Assembly (NCBI RefSeq): GCF_009914755.1 | Contig: NC_060932.1 | DNA from: the human T2T-CHM13v2.0 reference genome, Homo sapiens | Reading direction: 5' to 3' (one strand) | Length of the DNA: 64,000 nt | Notes under the pieces: generated by a model | Database searches by the model: none | The model's input: the letters and a program-made list of their open reading frames with translations, nothing else | What the model was told of the DNA's origin: nothing | Made by a program: the position numbers and the translations under genes | Part shown: positions 30,940 through 50,434 of the stretch, piece after piece | Numbering within the stretch: the first letter of the stretch is position 1 | Layout of the letters: each line of letters starts with the position of its first letter

Positions 30940-31990
30940 GGTCCTTTTCGGACGTCGCTCTCGCTAGTCCACTCGGGAAATGCTAGAGTGGCAGGAACTC
31001 CCCAGTGGAGCGCAGGCGACCCCGACCAACCTCCTGCTTGGCTCAGGGGGCTACGTTTCCCCGCCCGTCCGCACCCGAGCCCCCCACGCCCGGGATCTGG
31101 GCAGCCGGCCGGGGGCGTGAGGCGGAGGTGGAAGGGGCAGGCGAGGGCAGCCCAACGCCCCGGGCCCTGAACCGATGGGCCGGCCGCCTAGGTGGACGCC
31201 GGAGCCGGACCCACAGCCCCGCAGGCCCCCGGTGGGCCGCGCCGGGCCAGGGGCGGACGGGACCGGGGCGGGCAGGAAAGCGGCGGCCCGTCCCAGCCCC
31301 GCGCTCCCGCACTCGCCCCCGCGGCGCCCTCACCTTCTCGCACAGCGTCCGCACTTGGTTCTCGTTCAGCTGCTTACACTCGTTCAGCTGCTCGACCCAC
31401 TGGTCCAGCTCCTTGGTGAACGCCTTGTCGTCCATGGCGGCCCGATCCCGATGCGGATCCCGAGCCCCAGCCCGGCCGCCGCCCTCCCCCCTCCCCACCC
31501 GCCCCCGGCCCCGGCCCGGGCGCCGCTCCCCTCTCCCTCCGCCGCCGTCGCCAGGTCCCACAGGGGGAGGACTGAGCCGGGTAGGGCGGCCGCGGGCCCC
31601 GCGCCCCGCCCAAGCCCAGCAGGCGGCTCCGAGCGCGCAGCCTGGAGGAGACCCCCGCCCGCCCTTCCCCGCCCGGCCGCGCGCCGCGGGAGTCGGTGAA
31701 GGACGCGGTGAGGTGCCGGGGAGCGCGGCGCGGGTCCTCGGCCTAGCTCTCGCCGGACGAAGGCCGCCCGCTGCCGCTTCAGGCCCGCCTCACGCCTACC
31801 GGCCTCTCCCGACTTGTCTTTCCCCTTCTCTCGCTCTTTCTCTCCCCTCCCTCCGGGTTTCCGTCATCGCTCGGGCATTTCCGCCGGGAAAAGGCGAGCA
31901 GGCGGCGCCGCCGGGACACGGCGCCCTAGGAGCAGAACAGCGCCCTCGCGTGGCTTGGCGGAGAAACGGTCCGAGGAGGCCAGGGTCCCT
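30940..31990. promoter_or_regulatory. CpG island: TATA-less promoter, 5'UTR and exon 1 of PPP2CB
   Basis: Very high GC and CpG density with several GC boxes (GGGCGG/CCGCCC) around the start codon. Confidence 0.92.
31334..31435 (-). CDS. PPP2CB: PP2A catalytic subunit beta, coding exon 1
   Basis: Strong Kozak GCCGCCATGG; encodes [34 protein letters not shown]; donor AAG|GTGAGG. Confidence 0.97.
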
Positions 31991-32371
31991 CTTTTCCCCA
32001 CCCTGCCCCAGACCAAGCTCTGCTGGTTCTCCCTTTAAATATCCTGATCTCTGGGAACTTTGTCCTCACTTTAGCTTCCTGCAGTACTTTGCAGCGCTCT
32101 GGACAGGGAGTTGGAAAACTTGGGCTTCCCTTAACATTGTCTCCCCAGAGTCTAGCACTCAATAGCAGGCATTCAATATTGATGGAGTAAATTAATTATT
32201 TCCAGCCTCACCTGTAGCCCCTAACATCTCGAATCCTCCCTTTCGACATTAGAAAAGTGAAATGATTGTTCTGTAGGATAATCTGTGGCCCTTCCAGCTC
32301 CAGAGCTCTTGGCTATATTTTCTGCAATGTGTACTGAGTTGTAATGATTTGTTCATTCAACAAATATTTAT

Positions 32372-33358
<987 letters not shown>

Positions 33359-34032
33359 TGAGCAGCTGCTAGCTGCCAGATACCTTGAATAGCATGTGCT
33401 AAATGATCATACTGTGTCTATTAAAGGTACATACTACTGCGGCTGAACCCAAGTGGAAGGTAACATCCTGTATCAGAAAGCAAGGGTTCTTGTGTTTGCT
33501 AACCCCCTAGCTATGTCCTTGGGCAATCATCAAACCTCCGTAAGCCTCAAATTCTTCATCTGTTAAAATCAATAAAAGGCCTACCTTTGTGAAGATTAAG
33601 TTTTAAAAGTGCCTGCCCAATAGTACGGTATGGGAGCGATATGTTAGTTGCCTTACCCCTCCTAGGGAACAATTACAGAAAGCTTTAGAAAAGCGGTAAT
33701 TGAACTGAATTTTCAACCTTCTCTCAAGGCAAAAGCTTGAAGTTGCCTGGAGAAGAGGAAAGAAGGTCTAAGGAATTTTTTTGTGCGTGTGCCAGTAGAC
33801 AAATGAGTGAAAGACCATTCATTGTCTGTTTGGAAAGCTATAAATTCTCCTAGCAACAGAAATAGATTATATTGTTGGAAATAAGGCTGGAAGAGCTCCT
33901 GCTCTCAACAGCTTGTAAATAGCAGCAAACCAGTTGAACAAAACACAAAAGGTGATGAAACAATACTGGTGAGATATCATTGCAATAGATATTACATTCT
34001 CTGAGGAGGTTAGTCTATAAGGCTTTAAAGGA

Positions 34033-34326
34033 GGCTGGGCCAGGTGCAGTGGCTCACACCTGTAATCCTAGCCCTTAGGAGGCTGAGGTGGGAGGATCAC
34101 TTGAGCTCAGGAGTTCAAGACCAGCCTGGGCAATATGGTGAAACCCTGTCTCTACGGAAAATTAGCCGGGCATGGTGGCGCATGCCTGTAGTCCCAGCTA
34201 CTCAGGAGGCTGAGGTGGGAGGATCATTTGAGCCCAGGAGGCGGAAGTTGCAGTGAGCCAAGATTGCACCACCGTAACTCCAGCCTGGGCAACAAGTGAG
34301 ATCCTGTCTCAATACATACATAAAAA
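34033..34326 (+). mobile_element. AluJ-like
   Basis: Sense dimer. Confidence 0.87.
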
Positions 34327-34934
34327 AGGAAGCTGATTTTCGGCTAAGCTTGGAAAGCTCGGAACAAAAGTGAGAATGAGAATATGTTCAGGGTTCCTAG
34401 AGAAGATGGACTGAAAACAAAATATACCCTGAGGGCAAGTGGGAACTGTGGATGGTAGTTAGGGAGGGAGGTCCTTGAAATAGAAGCAAATGTGTTTGAA
34501 ATGAATGTGAGAGAATATTCTTAGAGGTGAGTAGGTGTTTGTGAAAATAGTACTTCTAAGAAGTTTAGTCAAGTAGTGATGTAGAACAAAGAAGAATACT
34601 TTCTTTGAGTAGTTCCTATATACTAATGTTTTTACATGTAGCTTCTCATTTAATGCTCCAGTAACCTCATGAGGCTGGTGTTATTATACTTTCCATATTA
34701 CAGATGAAAAGAAAGACAGGTAGAGGTTTAAATACATGTTCAAGTCACACAGATAGTACTGGTGGGGTACAGATTAACACTCACATATGAGTTCTACTCC
34801 ATGCTTTATGTTCTATGGTCCCTGCAGTGTGGATGGGAACATGGAAAGCCCAAGAATGGTAGATTGGCCAAGGGGCTTGATGACTTACAATATCAGTTTT
34901 TGCTATTTTGGTTGTGACGGTCTCTTAATTATAA

Positions 34935-35181
<247 letters not shown>

Positions 35182-36829
35182 TAAACTTATTTCTTTTTTG
35201 CTTTCTGCTTCTGTCAGACGTGTGTGTTTGTGTGTGTGTCTGTGTGTGTGTGTTCTCCTTCAGAACATAACCATCAACCTCCAATCCTTGCTAAATTACT
35301 TGTCATGCCAAACTGCATTTAATCTTAGGTTTATAGGCCAGATCTAATTTTCTTTTTTGACCTAGAGGTTTTCTTATTGTTATTCTGTTTACCTCTCTCC
35401 TTTTGGTTAAATAATTAAAAAGAAATCTTCCACAGATTATTTGCCTTAAAAGTACATGTGAGATTTTCTTCCTACTTAATTGACTAGGCTCTTTTAAAAT
35501 ATATAAACATTGATATTTTTCCTAATGTATTATATACCATTTAAAATATGAAATATGAATCATTTATATCTTGTAATGTATCCACATAATTATATGCTAC
35601 AATTATACATTGTATGGGTCTAAAAATGATTCTCCTATATCACTGTAATCCTCAAATGATTAAAGAAATACTTTCATTTCCAGTTCAAATACCTTCTGAT
35701 ACTTAGAATGTGAATATGATATTATCAAAATTGTCACAGGGAATTCTGCATAAGAATATCTATTGATAATGATTACAAAAATTAAAATTAATATAGAAAA
35801 AATCAAATTGGAAATGCTTTCTTTGCATTTAAAAACAACAAATCATGATCAATAAAAAGATCATAGTTCTCATCCTCTATTCTCACCCTTCTGCCCAAAA
35901 ACGTAGTTCTAAAAAACCTTTTCAAATTTATCAAACAAGAGATGGAATTATTGAAAGGCAAAGGAATCAGAGCAGATGCTATGTTGAACATTTTGTCCTT
36001 TGCTGACCTCAGTAAAAGGGTTGGTTCAAATTTCTTACTACAACACTACAAAAGTGGATTCCTCTATATCTTTAAACATTTTTATACTCAGATATTCTAT
36101 GTTGTGTATCTGACAATTTTTAAGTGACGGAAGACGTTTTTCTTGTTTCCACTGACTCTTACTCATAGTGGTTTGTCTTCTAGTATATATGAGTTGGCAG
36201 CTTGAACAGATTTTGTGGGAGTTCTGTGGGCCTACCTTGGGAAGGCTTTCCTCTAGAAAGTTTGCATCTCTCTGGTAGTCAAGGCATATTCTTAATCTAG
36301 TACCACTTCAGTCACAGTTTTGGCTCACAATGAGAGAGAGTGTCAGATCCCCTACCTCACTGAAGTTTCAAGGCTCAGTGTCCCTACAGCAATGTTGCTT
36401 TAGGAATCCAATCTCAGAGCAATCTCACACCTTCTGGCAGCCAGATTGTTTAAGCAGGCTCTCTGTTGATTTAGCTCCCTCCTACTCAGGCCATGCTTTG
36501 TCTCCCTGACCTTATTTTCCAGCGATTCTGTCCCACGTTTCCAGTTTCTTCTCAAATCTTCAGATGGCTTAAGCTCCAGATCCTTTCCATTTCAGTTCCA
36601 GTGTCTTCCTGGTCTGGGCTAAATTCATGGTTTATTTTTTGTTGTTGTTCGTTTGTTTGTTTTTTTTTGTCTAATCTGTGGAGAGCTATCCTACCCTTGT
36701 GAGACCAATGAAACCTCAGAAAATGTGTCCTATCCCAGGTGTAGTTTTGAAGCAGGCAGCTCCCTAAGGGCTCCTGAACATTCATAAAACTGGAAGTGAG
36801 ACTCTTATGTTGGAGATAATAAAAAATTC

Positions 36830-37636
<807 letters not shown>

Positions 37637-38292
37637 TAGTATATTATGTGATGCTGAGGTTTGGGATATGATTGAACCTCTCACCTAGGAAGTGAGCATG
37701 ATACCCAACAGTTTTTCAACCATTTCCCTCCTTTTTCCTTCCCCCATCTAGGAGCCCCCAGTGTCTATTATTGCCATCTTTATGTCCATGAGTACCCAAT
37801 GTTTAGCTCCTATGTATAAGTGAGAACATGCAATATTTGGTTTTCTGTCCCTGTGTTAATTTGCTTAGGATAATTGCCTCCAGCTGCATCCATGTTGCTA
37901 CAAAGGACATGATTTCATTCTTTTTTATGGCTGCGTAGTAATCCATGGTGTATATATACCACAGTTCCTTTATCCAATCCACTGTTGATGGGCACCTAGG
38001 TTGATTTCATGTCTTAACTATTGTGAATAGTGCTGCCGTGAACATACAAGTACATGTGTCTTTTTGGTAGAACAATTCATTTTCTTTGGGATATATACCC
38101 AGTAATGGGATTGCTGGGATGAATGGTAGTTTGTTTTAGGTTCTTTGAGAATCTCCAAACATCTACAGTGATGGGACTAATTTACATTCCCACAAACAGC
38201 GTATAAGTGCTCCCTTTCCTCTGCAGCCTTGCCAGCATCTATTGGGGTTTTTTGACATTTTAATAACCGCCATTCTGACTGGTATGAGATGG

Positions 38293-38647
38293 TGTATTAG
38301 TCCGTTTTCACACTGCTGATAAAGACATACCCAAGACTGGGCAATTTACAAAAGAAAGAGGTTTATTGGACTTACAGTTCCACATGGCTAGGGAGGCCTC
38401 ACAATCATGGCAGAAGGCAAGGAGGAGCAAATCACATCTTACATGGATGGAAGCAGGCAAAAATAGAGAGAGCTTGTGCAGGAAAACTCTTTTTAAAACC
38501 ACCAGATCTTGTGAGACTTATTCGCTAGCACGAGAACAGCACGGGAAAGACCTGCCCCCATGATTCAATTACCTCCCACTGGGTCCATCCCACAACACGT
38601 GGGAATTCAAGATGAGATTTGGGTGGGGACACAGCCAAACCATATCA
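38293..38647 (-). mobile_element. THE1 (MaLR) solo LTR, THE1B-like
   Basis: Minus strand begins TGATATGGTTTGGCTGTGTCCCCACCC and ends TAATACA; 5-bp TSD gatgg on both sides; inserted in L1. Confidence 0.92.
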
Positions 38648-38809
38648 GATGGTATCTTATTGTGGTTCTGATGTGCATTTCTCTGATGATTAGTGAGGAT
38701 GAGCATTTTTTCATTTTTTCATGTTTGTTGGCTTCTTGTATGTCCCCTTTTTAGAAGTGTCTGTTCATGTCCTGTCCTTTGCCCACTTTGTTGTTGTTGA
38801 TTTTATTTT

Positions 38810-39439
<630 letters not shown>

Positions 39440-40854
39440 TTACCCACTTTTTAATGGGGTTGTTTTTTGCTTGTTGATTAAGTTCCTTACAAATTCTGGA
39501 TATTAGACCTTTGTCAGATGCATAGTTTCTCATTCTGTAAGTTGTCTGTTTACTCTGTTGACAGCTTTTTTTGTTTTTTTTTTTGTTTTTTGTTTTTTGT
39601 TTTTTTGCTATGCAGACACCTTTAATTAGGTTCCACTTGTCAGTTTTTATTTTTATTGCAATTGCTTTTGAGGACTTAATCATAACTTTTTTCCTAAGGC
39701 CAATGTCCACAGTGGTGTTTCCTGTGTTTTCTTCCAGTATTCTTATAGTTTGAAATTTTACATTTAAATTTTTAATCTATCTTGAGTTAATTTTTGTATA
39801 TGGTGAAAGCTGGGGGTCCAGTTTCATTTTTCTGCATATGGCTAGCCAGTTATCCCAGCAAGATTTACTGAGTAGGGAGTCCTCTCCCCATGCTTATTTT
39901 TGTTTAGTTTGTTGAAAAATCAGATGGCTGTAGGTATGCAGTTTTATTTCTGGGTTCTCTATTCTGTTCCATTAGTCTATGTGTCTGTTTTTGCACCAGT
40001 ACCATGCTGTTTTGTTTACTGTAGCCTTATAGTATAGTTTGAAGTTGTGTAGTGTAATGCGTCCAGCTTTATTCTTTTTGCTTAGGATTGCTTTGGCTAT
40101 TTAGGTTCTTTTTTGGTTCATATGAATTTTAGATAGTTTTTTCTAATTCTGTGAAAAATGACATTGGTGATTTGATAGGAGTAGTGTTAAATCTATAGAT
40201 TGATTTGGGCAGTATGGCTATTTTAATGATATTGATTCTTCCAATTCATGAGGATGGAATATTTTTCCATTTGTGTCATCTGTGATTTCGTTCACTAGTG
40301 TTTTGTAGTTCTCCTTATAGAGATCTTTCACCTCCTTGGTTATCTGTATTCCTAGGTATTTTACTTTTTTGGTGGCTATTGTAAATGGGATTGTGTTCTT
40401 GATTTGGTTCTCAGCTGGAATGTTATTGGTGTATAGAAATGGCACTGATTTTTGTACACTGATTTTGTGTCCTGAAACTTTACTGAAGTTATTTATCAGT
40501 TCCAGGACCCACTACAGGCCTTCAAAAAGCTGAGGCCCTGGTTTTCTAAAGACTGACACACAGCTCAGGTGCTGATTTCTCAGTCACAGTGAAGGCTCCA
40601 GTTTTTCCCCTGAAGTCTGGGAAACTTTTAAAAATAACCCCCAGAGAAGAAGCTTTAGTCACTTCAATCCTGATAGCCACTTTATTACCCCATCATAATA
40701 ACTTTTCGGAAATGCTTTAATCTATTTTATTCAATCAGTTACTATTCTCTCACTTGCCCCCCACTTTCTTGGCGCCATCCCTTAATTCATGATTTACTTC
40801 CATACGAAACACTTCTCTTTCTCTTCCTTTTCTGTATATATATAAACCTATCCA

Positions 40855-41480
<626 letters not shown>

Positions 41481-41817
41481 TGATATCTTTCCCAATCTTC
41501 AAGGACAAGTGTCAGGACTATTTTTTTTTTCCATGAAGCCCTTTCTCTTGCTCTTATACCAGGAGAAACTCATCTCTGCACACTTTAAAATTTCATACCT
41601 TTGGATCAGTCCCTTTTTTCTACCACACACTTGCTATCTCATGTTAGTTATTTGCATGCATTTCTCCTCTTTCTTATTAGACTATAAATCTCTTGACCAC
41701 AAGATCCATATGTATATTAGATTTGTAATATCAAAACATCTATAAAGAGTAGGTGCTCAGTAAATATTTAAGTAAATTTGAGCAAAGTAGCAGGGGCCAT
41801 AAGAATAAATGGTAACT

Positions 41818-42217
<400 letters not shown>

Positions 42218-42699
42218 CTACTCTTTCTTTTAAAAGGTATATTTATGTTTTCATTATGATTTGGATACCATATATATTTTTTTGATACTATATTTTTCAT
42301 TGGAGATAGTATTGGTATAGCACAGATTATTAATAGTTTAGCACATTTCTTCATTAACAATCGTTTGGAGTAAAAAAAATGCCCTGCTTGAAAAATTACC
42401 TAGGAGTGGCCATGGGGTATCATTCTGGCAAATAGATGTAAGGAGAAGTAGCTCAATAGGGTTCTACAGGAAAACTTCTTAAAGGGAGGAAACTCAAAAT
42501 GCTCCTGCCTGGTACTCATTGCTGGAGATGGAATAGCCATTTGGAGGCCACTAGGTAAAGAAAGGATGAGGGTAAAGGCCATGTATTAGTGATGGCCAAG
42601 AAGAAAGATGAAATGAACCTGGGTTCCTGATAGCAACGTGAAGCCAGAATAATAGCTCTGAATTGTCTACCTATAGATTTCTTCTTCTTATTATTGTTT

Positions 42700-43350
42700 C
42701 TATTTGACACATAATTGTATGTATTTATAGGGCACAGTGTGATATTTTGATATATGTAATTGTATGATCATCTGAGATTTTTAGCATATCCAACATTTAT
42801 CATTGCTTTATGGCAAGAACATTCAGAATCCCCTCTTCCAGCTATTTTGAAATATACACTATAATATTGTTAACCATAGTCACCCTACTGTGCTACAGAA
42901 CACCAGAACAGATTCCTCCTATCTTACTCTAATTTTGTACCTGTTGACCAACCTCTCCCCATCATCCACTCTTTCTTTCCTCCTTGGCCTCTGGTAACCA
43001 CTATTCGACTCTCTATTTCTATAAGATCAACTCCTTTAGATTCCACCTGTGAATGAGACCATGTGGTATTTGTCTTTCTGTGTTTGGTTTATGTCACTTA
43101 ATGTCCTCCAGGTTCATCCATGTTGCCACAAATGACGGGATTTCATTTTTTTATGGCTGAGTAATATTTTACAGTGTATATACACCATGTTTTATTAATT
43201 TGTCCATTGATGGACATGAAAGCTGATTCCATATCTTGGCTATTGTGAATAGTGCTGCAATAAACACGGGAGTGCAGATATCTCTTTGACATACTGATTT
43301 CATTTCCTTTGGATAAATACCCAGGAGAGGAATTGCTGGATCATATGGTA
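42700..43350 (-). mobile_element. L1MA-like 3' end
   Basis: ccaggttcatccatgttgccacaaatgac...gtgaatagtgctgcaataaacacgggagtgcagatatctc. Confidence 0.8.
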
Positions 43351-44094
43351 CCTCTAGATTTCATATAGGAGAAAAATAAAACTTATATTTAAGCTACATT
43401 TGGGGGCTTTGTTATTTACATTGGAACATAAACTTGACTGATGCAATCGGATACTATTCATTTTAAGCTTTGACCAAACGGTAGCTGAAAGATTATATAC
43501 TTTGTGGTTAGTGGGATTTAGCAATTGTTCTTATTTTTTGACACTTATGTGTTTGTGTGTACAAATTGTTATTTTATTAGGTTTTTCACTTCCTTATTAT
43601 TGATTTGTAGGCTGCTTAGTATGTATATTTACAGTATTTCACCCAGTGTGTTACTTGGATTTTATATTTGTTTGAGTCTTGCCATACAAAAGTTTTAAAT
43701 CTTTATATCATAATAAGAGCACTTATGAATCAGGTGGTGTTCTAAGTGCTTAGATTATTACCTCATTTATTCCCTCCATAACAACCCTAAGAAGTAGGCT
43801 ATGATTATCACTCTGATTAATCAAATGAGGATACTGAGGTAGAGGCAACAAGTGACTGGGGCTGAGTTCACTCACCTGGAGCTGGGAAATGAAGCCATGT
43901 GGTCTGACTCAGAGCCTGTTCTCCCTCTATTCTCTCCCTCACCAATCCTGTCAGTAATTTTGCATAAGCCTGTTTAGAACGGTTCCCCATCCCAAGATTG
44001 CATGAATATTGTATTATATATTTAAGTGAAATACATAATTTATTGTAGATTTTCTACTAAAATTTCTTTACAACCCAATTTCTTTGAAGATTTT

Positions 44095-45190
44095 GGTTAC
44101 TGGAGTAAAATAAAACATTTACCATGAAACCATTTTTAAGCAAACAATTCAGTGGCATTAAGTACATTCCCAATGTTGTGCACCCATCACTAGTACCATC
44201 TCTAGAACTTTTTCGTTGTCTCAAACAGAAACTCTGTACCCATTAAGCAGTAATACCTCATTTAGCCTAATATATATATACCTTCTGATCATATACATGT
44301 TACTTGCTGATATTAACAGAAGGGTCCTACCCTAACAACTCAGTTTTCTGGTGTTTATTCTAATACTCTTGAGTTACCTGGATTCTTGGTTTAATTTCCA
44401 TTTGAATTTTCCCATATTGTATATCATATTTTGCTGAGTCTAAGTTACCATTTTTTGTCTCTAAAATTAATCTCATAATCAATGGAATCTTAGATTCAAT
44501 AAAATATAGTATATTTTAAAAAATCAACTCTATTGAGGTATGATTTATGTACAATAATTATTTACCAATTTAAAATGGATATTTAGTTGAGCTGTAACAA
44601 ATGCATACAGTCATCTACCTATCACCCACCACACAACACTGATGTAGAACACTTCCCTCAACCTGAAACTTCCAACATGTTCCTTGGGACAGTCCTTTCC
44701 CCAACCATAACCCCTAGTAACCAAGGATCTGCCTTCTAACATTATAGTTTAGCTTCTTCTAGAATTTCATACAAATGGGATAAGTCTTCTGTGTCTGGTT
44801 TCTTTCAGTTAGTATAATTGTTGAGACTCATTCAAATGGTGTATTAGTTTGTTCCTTTTTATTGTCCAGTATTCCATGATATCCTGTAATTTATTCAATT
44901 TGTTTATCCATTCATAGGTTGATGCATCCTTGGGTTGTTTCCAACTTTTGGTTATGAATAAAATTGCTATAAACATTCAAATACAAGTGGTGGATAAATA
45001 TATGTTTCCATTTCTCTTGGGTAAATAAATGTCTAGGAGTGGGTTTGTGGGTCATATGGTGATTGCTTAAAGTTTCTGCCAAGCAGTTTTCCAAAGTGGT
45101 TGTACAACTCAGCATTCCCACTAAAAGTGCATGGGAGTGCAAGTTACACTGGGTCTTCACCAGCGCTTAGTATGGCCAGTCTTAAAAGTT
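44095..45190 (-). mobile_element. L1M 3' fragments
   Basis: caattcagtggcattaagtacattc...; ttccaaagtggttgtaca...cattccca. Confidence 0.65.
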
Positions 45191-45192
45191 TA

Positions 45193-45509
<317 letters not shown>

Positions 45510-45848
45510 TCAGGTGAGTGTGTTATTGAGGCTTTATTTCTCTTTGGGTTCATTGAGCTTCTTGGAACTGTGGGTTTATAGTTTTGATTGTTTGGAAACT
45601 TTCATCTATTATTTCTTCAAAATCTTTTTTTCTGTTCCTGCCTCACTCCCCTCTTGACCTTAAACTGCTTTGTATTGTTTCACAGGGCACTGATTCTCTG
45701 GTGTTTTGTTTTCCTTTCCCCATTCTTTTTTGTCTCTGTGCTTCATTTTGAATAGTTTCTATGGTTATGTTCTTAAGTTTACTGATTTGTCTTCTTCATT
45801 GTCTAATCTTCTCTTTATCCCATACAGTGTATTTTTCATTTCAGATAA

Positions 45849-46249
<401 letters not shown>

Positions 46250-46753
46250 TGATTTTATATCCTTGTTTGGTAATTTCATCATTTCTATCATTTCACTGTT
46301 TATTTTCCTGGTAATGGGTCATATTTTTGTGTTGTTTTGCCTGCCTAGTAATGTTTGATTAGATGACAGATAGTATGAATTTTACACTGTTGATCGCTGG
46401 ATTTCATTGTGGTTATTTAAGTAGTGTTGAGCTTTGTTCTTGTGTGTGATTACTTGGAATTAGTTGGATTTTTTTCAAGGCAAGGCTTGCTTTTGAGCTT
46501 TTAAAGGAGGATTCAGAGCAGCTTTTAGTCATGGGCTAATGTGGCCCCATACTTAGATGATATCCTTCTGAAGACCCTACTGTATGTTTTCTATATTACA
46601 AGATCTTTCCACCCTGGCTGGTGGGAACACCCACTATTCCCAGCCCTAGATGAGCCCTGGGGATTGTTTCACCAAAGCTTCCTGATGGTTCTTTCCCCAC
46701 ACAGTCTGGGTAATTATCTCAATGCATAAATTAGTACTTAGTGAAATACTTAA

Positions 46754-47071
<318 letters not shown>

Positions 47072-47436
47072 CTGATATCTTACTTTTGAAATCTCCATCC
47101 CTTTGAGGATTCTTCCTTATCCTCCCTTCTTCCACAATGAGACCTCTGACTCCCCAAAATATCAAATGACATTTACTCCTTTGCTCAATTCTATCATACA
47201 CATAAAATGGTTTCAGAATTGCTATGCCTATTTATCACTGTGAAAAATAAACCTACTAAAAAGGTTCCAATATTTGTTTGTAGTTCTTTTTTATTCCTCT
47301 TATAATAGAATAAAAGTTTATAGCCCCTGCTCCCAGCTTTAATACATCTTTTGACAGCTGAATTTATGACATTCACAGTCCTGGTTAGCATCATAGTTCG
47401 CTTTTTATATAACACTTTTTAAAACAGTTGAATTTT

Positions 47437-47750
47437 GGCCAGGCATGGTGACTTGTACCTGTATTCCAAACATTTTGGGAGGCCAAGGCAGGAGGATAAC
47501 TTGAGGCCAGGAGTTCAAGACCAGCCTGGGCAACATGGCAAGACCCTGTCTCTAGAAAAAATTTAAAAATTAGCTGGACGCAGTAGCGTGAGCCTGGAGT
47601 CCTAGCTACTTGGGAGGCTGAGGTGGGAGTACTGCTTGAGTCCTGGAGTTCAATGCTGCAGTGAGCCATGACCACACCACTGCACTCCAGCCTGGGCAAC
47701 AGATCCAGACCCTGTCTCAGGGTAAATAAATAACTAAATAACTAAATAAA
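47437..47750 (+). mobile_element. AluJ-like
   Basis: TSD acagttgaatttt. Confidence 0.88.
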
Positions 47751-48289
47751 TACAGTTGAATTTTAAGTTGCCATAGTTACATGATGATTTTTTTAGTGCA
47801 TGCAATTTATATGCTTTCATAATTTGCTAAAGAAATTAACTCCTTTCCTTTTTAAAAAATTTTTTTACAATTTTTATTATCCTTCTCATATACAGAACAA
47901 AGTATATAAATTCGAACTATCAAGTTCTGGCGAAGAATGAGTTACTGTTTTTTAAAATTATTCTTTCTTCATACACTAAAAACATAAATTACGGTGCACT
48001 AGCAGTCATTTGGGCTGCTTTCCTCTCTGTTACGACTTATATCAAGTCACAAAATCCTGCCAACTCTTTCCTTCTCAAATGCCTCTGGAATCCAATCCTC
48101 CACTCCCACGGCCACCCTCTAGGCAGGGCCCTTATCACACCAGGCTTGGTTTGGCACAACAGACTTATATATATAGCATCTACTATCACTTGCCAGGTGT
48201 TTCAAAAAGACTACTAATCAATCTCATGTAAGAACTATCTTTCCATCTTTGCATCACTGCAAATCTGAACAATTTTTTTTGTGGCCAAC

Positions 48290-48475
48290 ATTTAGTTAAA
48301 ATTTAATTTTAGGTTCGGGGGTACATGTGAAGATTTGTTACATAGATGAACTTGTGCCATGGGGGTTTATTGTACAGATTACTTCATCACCTAGGTATTA
48401 AGCCCAGCACCCAATAGTTATCTTTTCTGCTCCTCTCCCTTCTCCCACCCTCAACTCCTAAGTAGACTCCAGTCT
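48290..48475 (-). mobile_element. L1PA/PB 3'-terminal fragment
   Basis: ggggtacatgtgaagatttgttacatag...cacccaatagttatcttttctgctcctctccc. Confidence 0.7.
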
Positions 48476-48551
48476 ACTTACCACGTTATTCAAGCAATAT
48501 AAATATCATATGAATTGAAAGAAAACTATGCCTGCACAAACATTTAATAGC

Positions 48552-48976
<425 letters not shown>

Positions 48977-49667
48977 CTAGGTAATGTCTTTGGGGAAGAT
49001 ATTAGTTTGAAATGACCTCAATTAATAGCAGTTTTGCATGTATTTACACACAGATTTTTAAAATACATTTAAAAAAAGGATATTATTTCAAACTTTGATA
49101 ACAGGATGACATGCTTTGGAAAACACGGTCAGAGAGCTAAAGAAGTCTCTAATGATGACCAAGAGATTGATGTCAAAGATGGATGAAAGGACAATAAAAT
49201 TATCCTACAAAACATAAGCAAAAATATTCTACAATGTTCTTATATAACATACAACTGACATAATACTTCATCTATATCTCTAACAACTTACGTAATCTTA
49301 CCAAAATACTGTTTTGGTGAAATCTTATTGGGAAAATGGGGCATAGCCTCCTACTTTGCTAGGTTCATGGATGTTTACCTTGTCAAAGATGCCATCAACA
49401 AATCTCAGCTTATGTGTCATCCATTCTCTAGTCCATTACTTATTTTTTTAACATATCACTTCTCATGATGCAAAATTACTTAATATGTATGTATTACTTG
49501 TCTCCCTTGACTGGAATGACAACTATATAAGGGCAGGGACTTTGGCTTTTCATATGAAACCGCAGGCTGTAATGTGTTTTTAAAAGTGACAGCAAAGAGG
49601 GATAGAGGTGAAGGCAAACACAGCTGGAGTGGAAAAGGTGCTCCAGCAGTTTATTTAGTTATCTAAT

Positions 49668-50017
49668 TGCTATGGTTTGAACGTGTCCCCTAAGGTTCTT
49701 ACATTGGAAAGTTAATCCCCAATGACAACACTGTTGACAGGTGGGACCTTTAAGAGGTGATTAGGCCATGAGGGCTGTGCTCTCATGAATAGATTAATGT
49801 CGTTATTGTGGGAATGGGCTAGTCTGTGGCAGTGCCTCCCTATAAAGGATGAGCTCAATCTCTTGCTCTCTCTCACCATTTTATGCCCTCGCAAGAGGCA
49901 GCCCCCTAGATCTTGGACATCCTAGGCTCAAGAACTGTGAGCCAAATACATTTCTTGTCTTTACAAATTACCCAGCCTGTGATATTCTGTTACGGCAACA
50001 GAAAATGAACTAAAATA
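49668..50017 (+). mobile_element. MST-family MaLR solo LTR
   Basis: TGCTATGGTTTGAACGTGTCCCC start; AAATTACCCAGCCTGTGATATTCTGTTACGGCAACAGAAAATGAACTAA end. Confidence 0.8.
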
Positions 50018-50056
50018 CTCATGAGGTCAGTTCCTCATGGATTGTTTTTAATGTAA

Positions 50057-50385
<329 letters not shown>

Positions 50386-50434
50386 CATATTTATGCTTAC
50401 TATTCAAGAAACACAAAAGAAAAAAACCCTGAAA

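Noticed and set aside
31005-32165. 386-aa plus-strand ORF and other overlapping ORFs in the CpG island
   Set aside because: Antisense shadow of GC-rich sequence; P/R/G/A-biased, non-ATG start, no recognisable domain
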